A stretch of 49,294 nt of DNA, taken from Chara braunii (lineage: Eukaryota > Plantae > Charophyceae). The notes under the pieces were generated by a model. That model made no database searches. It was not told the DNA's origin and worked only from the letters and a program-made list of their open reading frames with translations. The DNA lies in contig BFEA01000025.1 of assembly GCA_003427395.1 (NCBI GenBank), forward strand, positions 3,514,224-3,563,517. The letters are read 5' to 3'. Position 1 is the stretch's first letter. Each line of letters starts with the position of its first letter. The position numbers and the translations under genes are program-made. Shown here piece after piece: positions 46,626-49,294 of the stretch.

Positions 46626-49040
46626 CCCGTAGTTTGTATATGCTTCTTGATAAGGAGACATTATTGGTGAGGTTTAGAAGTATGCACTTGTAAATGCAAT
46701 GCAAGTGTGTCGTTTCAATCTTCGGTCAAGGCCGCGCCCTTTACGATTTCAAACTTTTCCACTTTTCCAACCTGCCACCCAACAGAGGCATTGTCAATTA
46801 CACATTTGAATTTTTGCATTTTTTACAACTTCATTCAAAAACACAATTTTGACTTATTTATGATAACTCAACATCTATAAATGTACTTTTTCCAAATCAA
46901 CCTCCTCAAATTGCATTGGTTCTCATACCGAATAAATCTGCTTTTGAATTATTCTCATATGCATCAAAAGTTAAACTACCTATAGACATTTACCCAGTTT
47001 TCTTTGAACGTTCAAAATGATCAGTCCAATTATCATTACCACACATTTCATTTTCACCACAACGAACTTGCACATTATATCCAAAACAATTTCCATTAGT
47101 TTCTACAATCGCTTCAACACAATATAAAGTCAAAGGAGAAACCCTAACCTCAATGGTTCTTGTAGATTATAAAGTTTTATCAACATCAGGAAAGAGAAAA
47201 AAAACGTCCCCGCAAAGGATACATTGCAATATCTCGTGTAATAAATTGTTATCCTTTCACAACCCTCAAACCATTAACAAAACCACTTACAAAATTCTTC
47301 AAACATTATGAAAATATATTACGTGAAGATGACAAACTGACAAACATTGCACAAAAATCACTTCAATCACAATTCATACAAAATATGTTCGATTATTTAC
47401 CTTTAACATCAAACACCAATAAAAAATATACAATCAAACACAACATCACAACAACAATCAACAACATTATCCTACCCAAAATAAAAAAAAAACAATGATC
47501 CATCAAATAATTCAAGACACAGTTATCATACCAAATTTTATTTGTTTGCCAAACGATGTACACATAGTACAATTTACAAACAACATAAACCAGTCTTTAA
47601 ACATAAATTCCTCTTTAAAAAATAGTTTCATAACACCTATTAAATCAACAACATCACATTTCATAACTACACAATCAATCCTTCATACCCCATCTCTATT
47701 TATTGTTGAACAAACAAATGAAAATTCGAATGATGAAAACATCAATCCAATTTCACTCGATTCTGCATCATGTTTATACATTACTTTTCATTATCAATTT
47801 TAATTTACAGATATATCTATAAACAGTTATGCTGAACTAATAATGGATAAAACCACAACTATCTTCATTGCAAACACATTCACATACAACTAAGGTATAA
47901 CAAAATATGATTACCCCTGTGTTGATCGACAAATCAGAAGAATAAATATACTTCGACCATTCACAACACTCACTCATTTTATTATCCCAATAAACATAAA
48001 CAATATTTATTGGACACTTGAATGTTTAAACCTTGAAACACAATCTATATATTATTATGACAGTCTTAAAACTATCAATACAACATTTTTTTCAAAGATC
48101 AAATGATGATTATCCACTCGTACAAATTGCTCACACCTACTATAAAATGCACCTACTACAAGCTTACAAGGACCTCAACAAACTAATTCACAAGATTGTG
48201 GGGTTTTTATTCTCGTTATGCTTCAACATCTTATGCTGCCTAACCCGCTTTCATATATTAATGATTTCTCTCAATTAAATATGCCTCTATATAGGGCATT
48301 CATTCATAAGGAACTTTGTATTTACACCCTCAATGAAATTACACCACACCCACACACTACAACCACCTCTCAATCATAACTAATTTGTCAAACATAACCG
48401 ATTCATTAATTGACAAAACAACTTTCATTTAATAAAAAAACAACTTACAACAACAAACACTCAAACACACACATATATAACATTTGGACCAAGATTCAAA
48501 AACCACCAGCCTTGACACCAAATATGAATCAAGGTATGTCAAATATCTAATACATTAATACTATACAAATTACCTAAATCTAACACATTCCAACACTAAC
48601 AAATGTGATAAAGACAAACACCCTAAGTATCACACAAACACACACACTAAACTTAAAACATACACATAAATAATCATTTTTTTACATGCAACAATCACCC
48701 TACCTATAAACCTCGCCAATAAGGTTCGAAAAATGCATACAAGTGCAGGCACAACACTTTGGGGGGGGGTGGCAGTTTATTTGAAAAATGCGGGATCGGT
48801 AGGTGGCAGTTTTTAAAAAAAATGCAGGATCGGTAGTTGCCCGTGGGACCGTGCACGCGGTTTTTGTCCAAACGGTGACAAAGCAGCGACAGGGTGGAAA
48901 AGTGGAAAAGTCTAAAATAGGAAATGGTATGGCCTTGGCCGCAGCTTGAAACAACAGACCTGCATTGCATTTGCAAGTGCATACTTCCAAACCTCGCCAA
49001 TAACGCCTCCTTTATCAATCAAGCATATACAAACTACGGG
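46626..49040. mobile_element. DNA transposon with ~150-bp TIRs (Mutator- or CACTA-like, non-autonomous)
   Basis: 46626-46773 (CCCGTAGTTTGTATATGCTT...ACTTTTCCACTTTTCCA) is the inverted repeat of 48891-49040. The TSD is not resolved. Confidence 0.82.
47495..48380 (+). pseudogene. Ulp1/SENP-family (peptidase C48) protease pseudogene
   Basis: One frame with stops: *FTDISINSYAELI...FIANTFTY...FIIPININNIYWTL...IYYYDSL...PQQTNSQDCGVF...FSQLNMPLYRAFIHKEL. The catalytic His position reads Tyr. Confidence 0.88.
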
Positions 49041-49294
49041 CTTGACTGGTGATGAATGTTGGTGAGCACCACACGTTCAGCGCCCGATTGAGAGAGTCAC
49101 GTACAACAATAAACACTCAAGTACACATATACGACATATGGACCAAGATTCAAGAACCACCAGCCTCGACACCAACTATGAATCAAGGTATGTCAAATAT
49201 CTAATACATTCATACCTAGGCTACCAGTCGGGCCGCCTGGGTCCCAGGTGGCCAGCCCGTGCAAGGATCAAGGAAGCTCCAAGCGGAAAAAAAA

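Overview
Repeat-dense eukaryotic DNA with N-gaps and no intact host gene. Plant-type U2/U6 sequences and a tRNA-Asp PBS point to a streptophyte alga or early land plant (inference). The left part (1-14.4 kb) holds a decayed L1/Tx1-clade LINE on the minus strand (APE-RT-zinc-finger ORF2, fragmented ORF1). It also holds many short poly(A)-tailed copies of a structured LINE 3' motif and a retroposed U2 5' fragment. The middle (15.2-43.2 kb) is made almost entirely of two related families of very long TGTCG...C(G/A)ACA LTRs. Family A (~5.4 kb) occurs as a gag-only element at 16833-26574 and a solo LTR at 37834-43189. Family B occurs as an ~8.9 kb solo LTR with GCGG TSD at 28912-37788 and a truncated copy at 15197-16830. 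These elements carry much RNA-structure cargo: a U6 snRNA derivative lacking the ACAGAGA box, LSU rRNA domain V fragments, two arrays of covarying hairpins, and a conserved ~400-nt structured domain with a predicted kissing loop. The right end has a U6 pseudogene, tRNA-like Pol III heads, and a long-TIR DNA transposon carrying a decayed Ulp1/C48 protease. A Nextera mate-pair adapter at 22289-22326 is an assembly artefact. All alignments and folds were done by eye.
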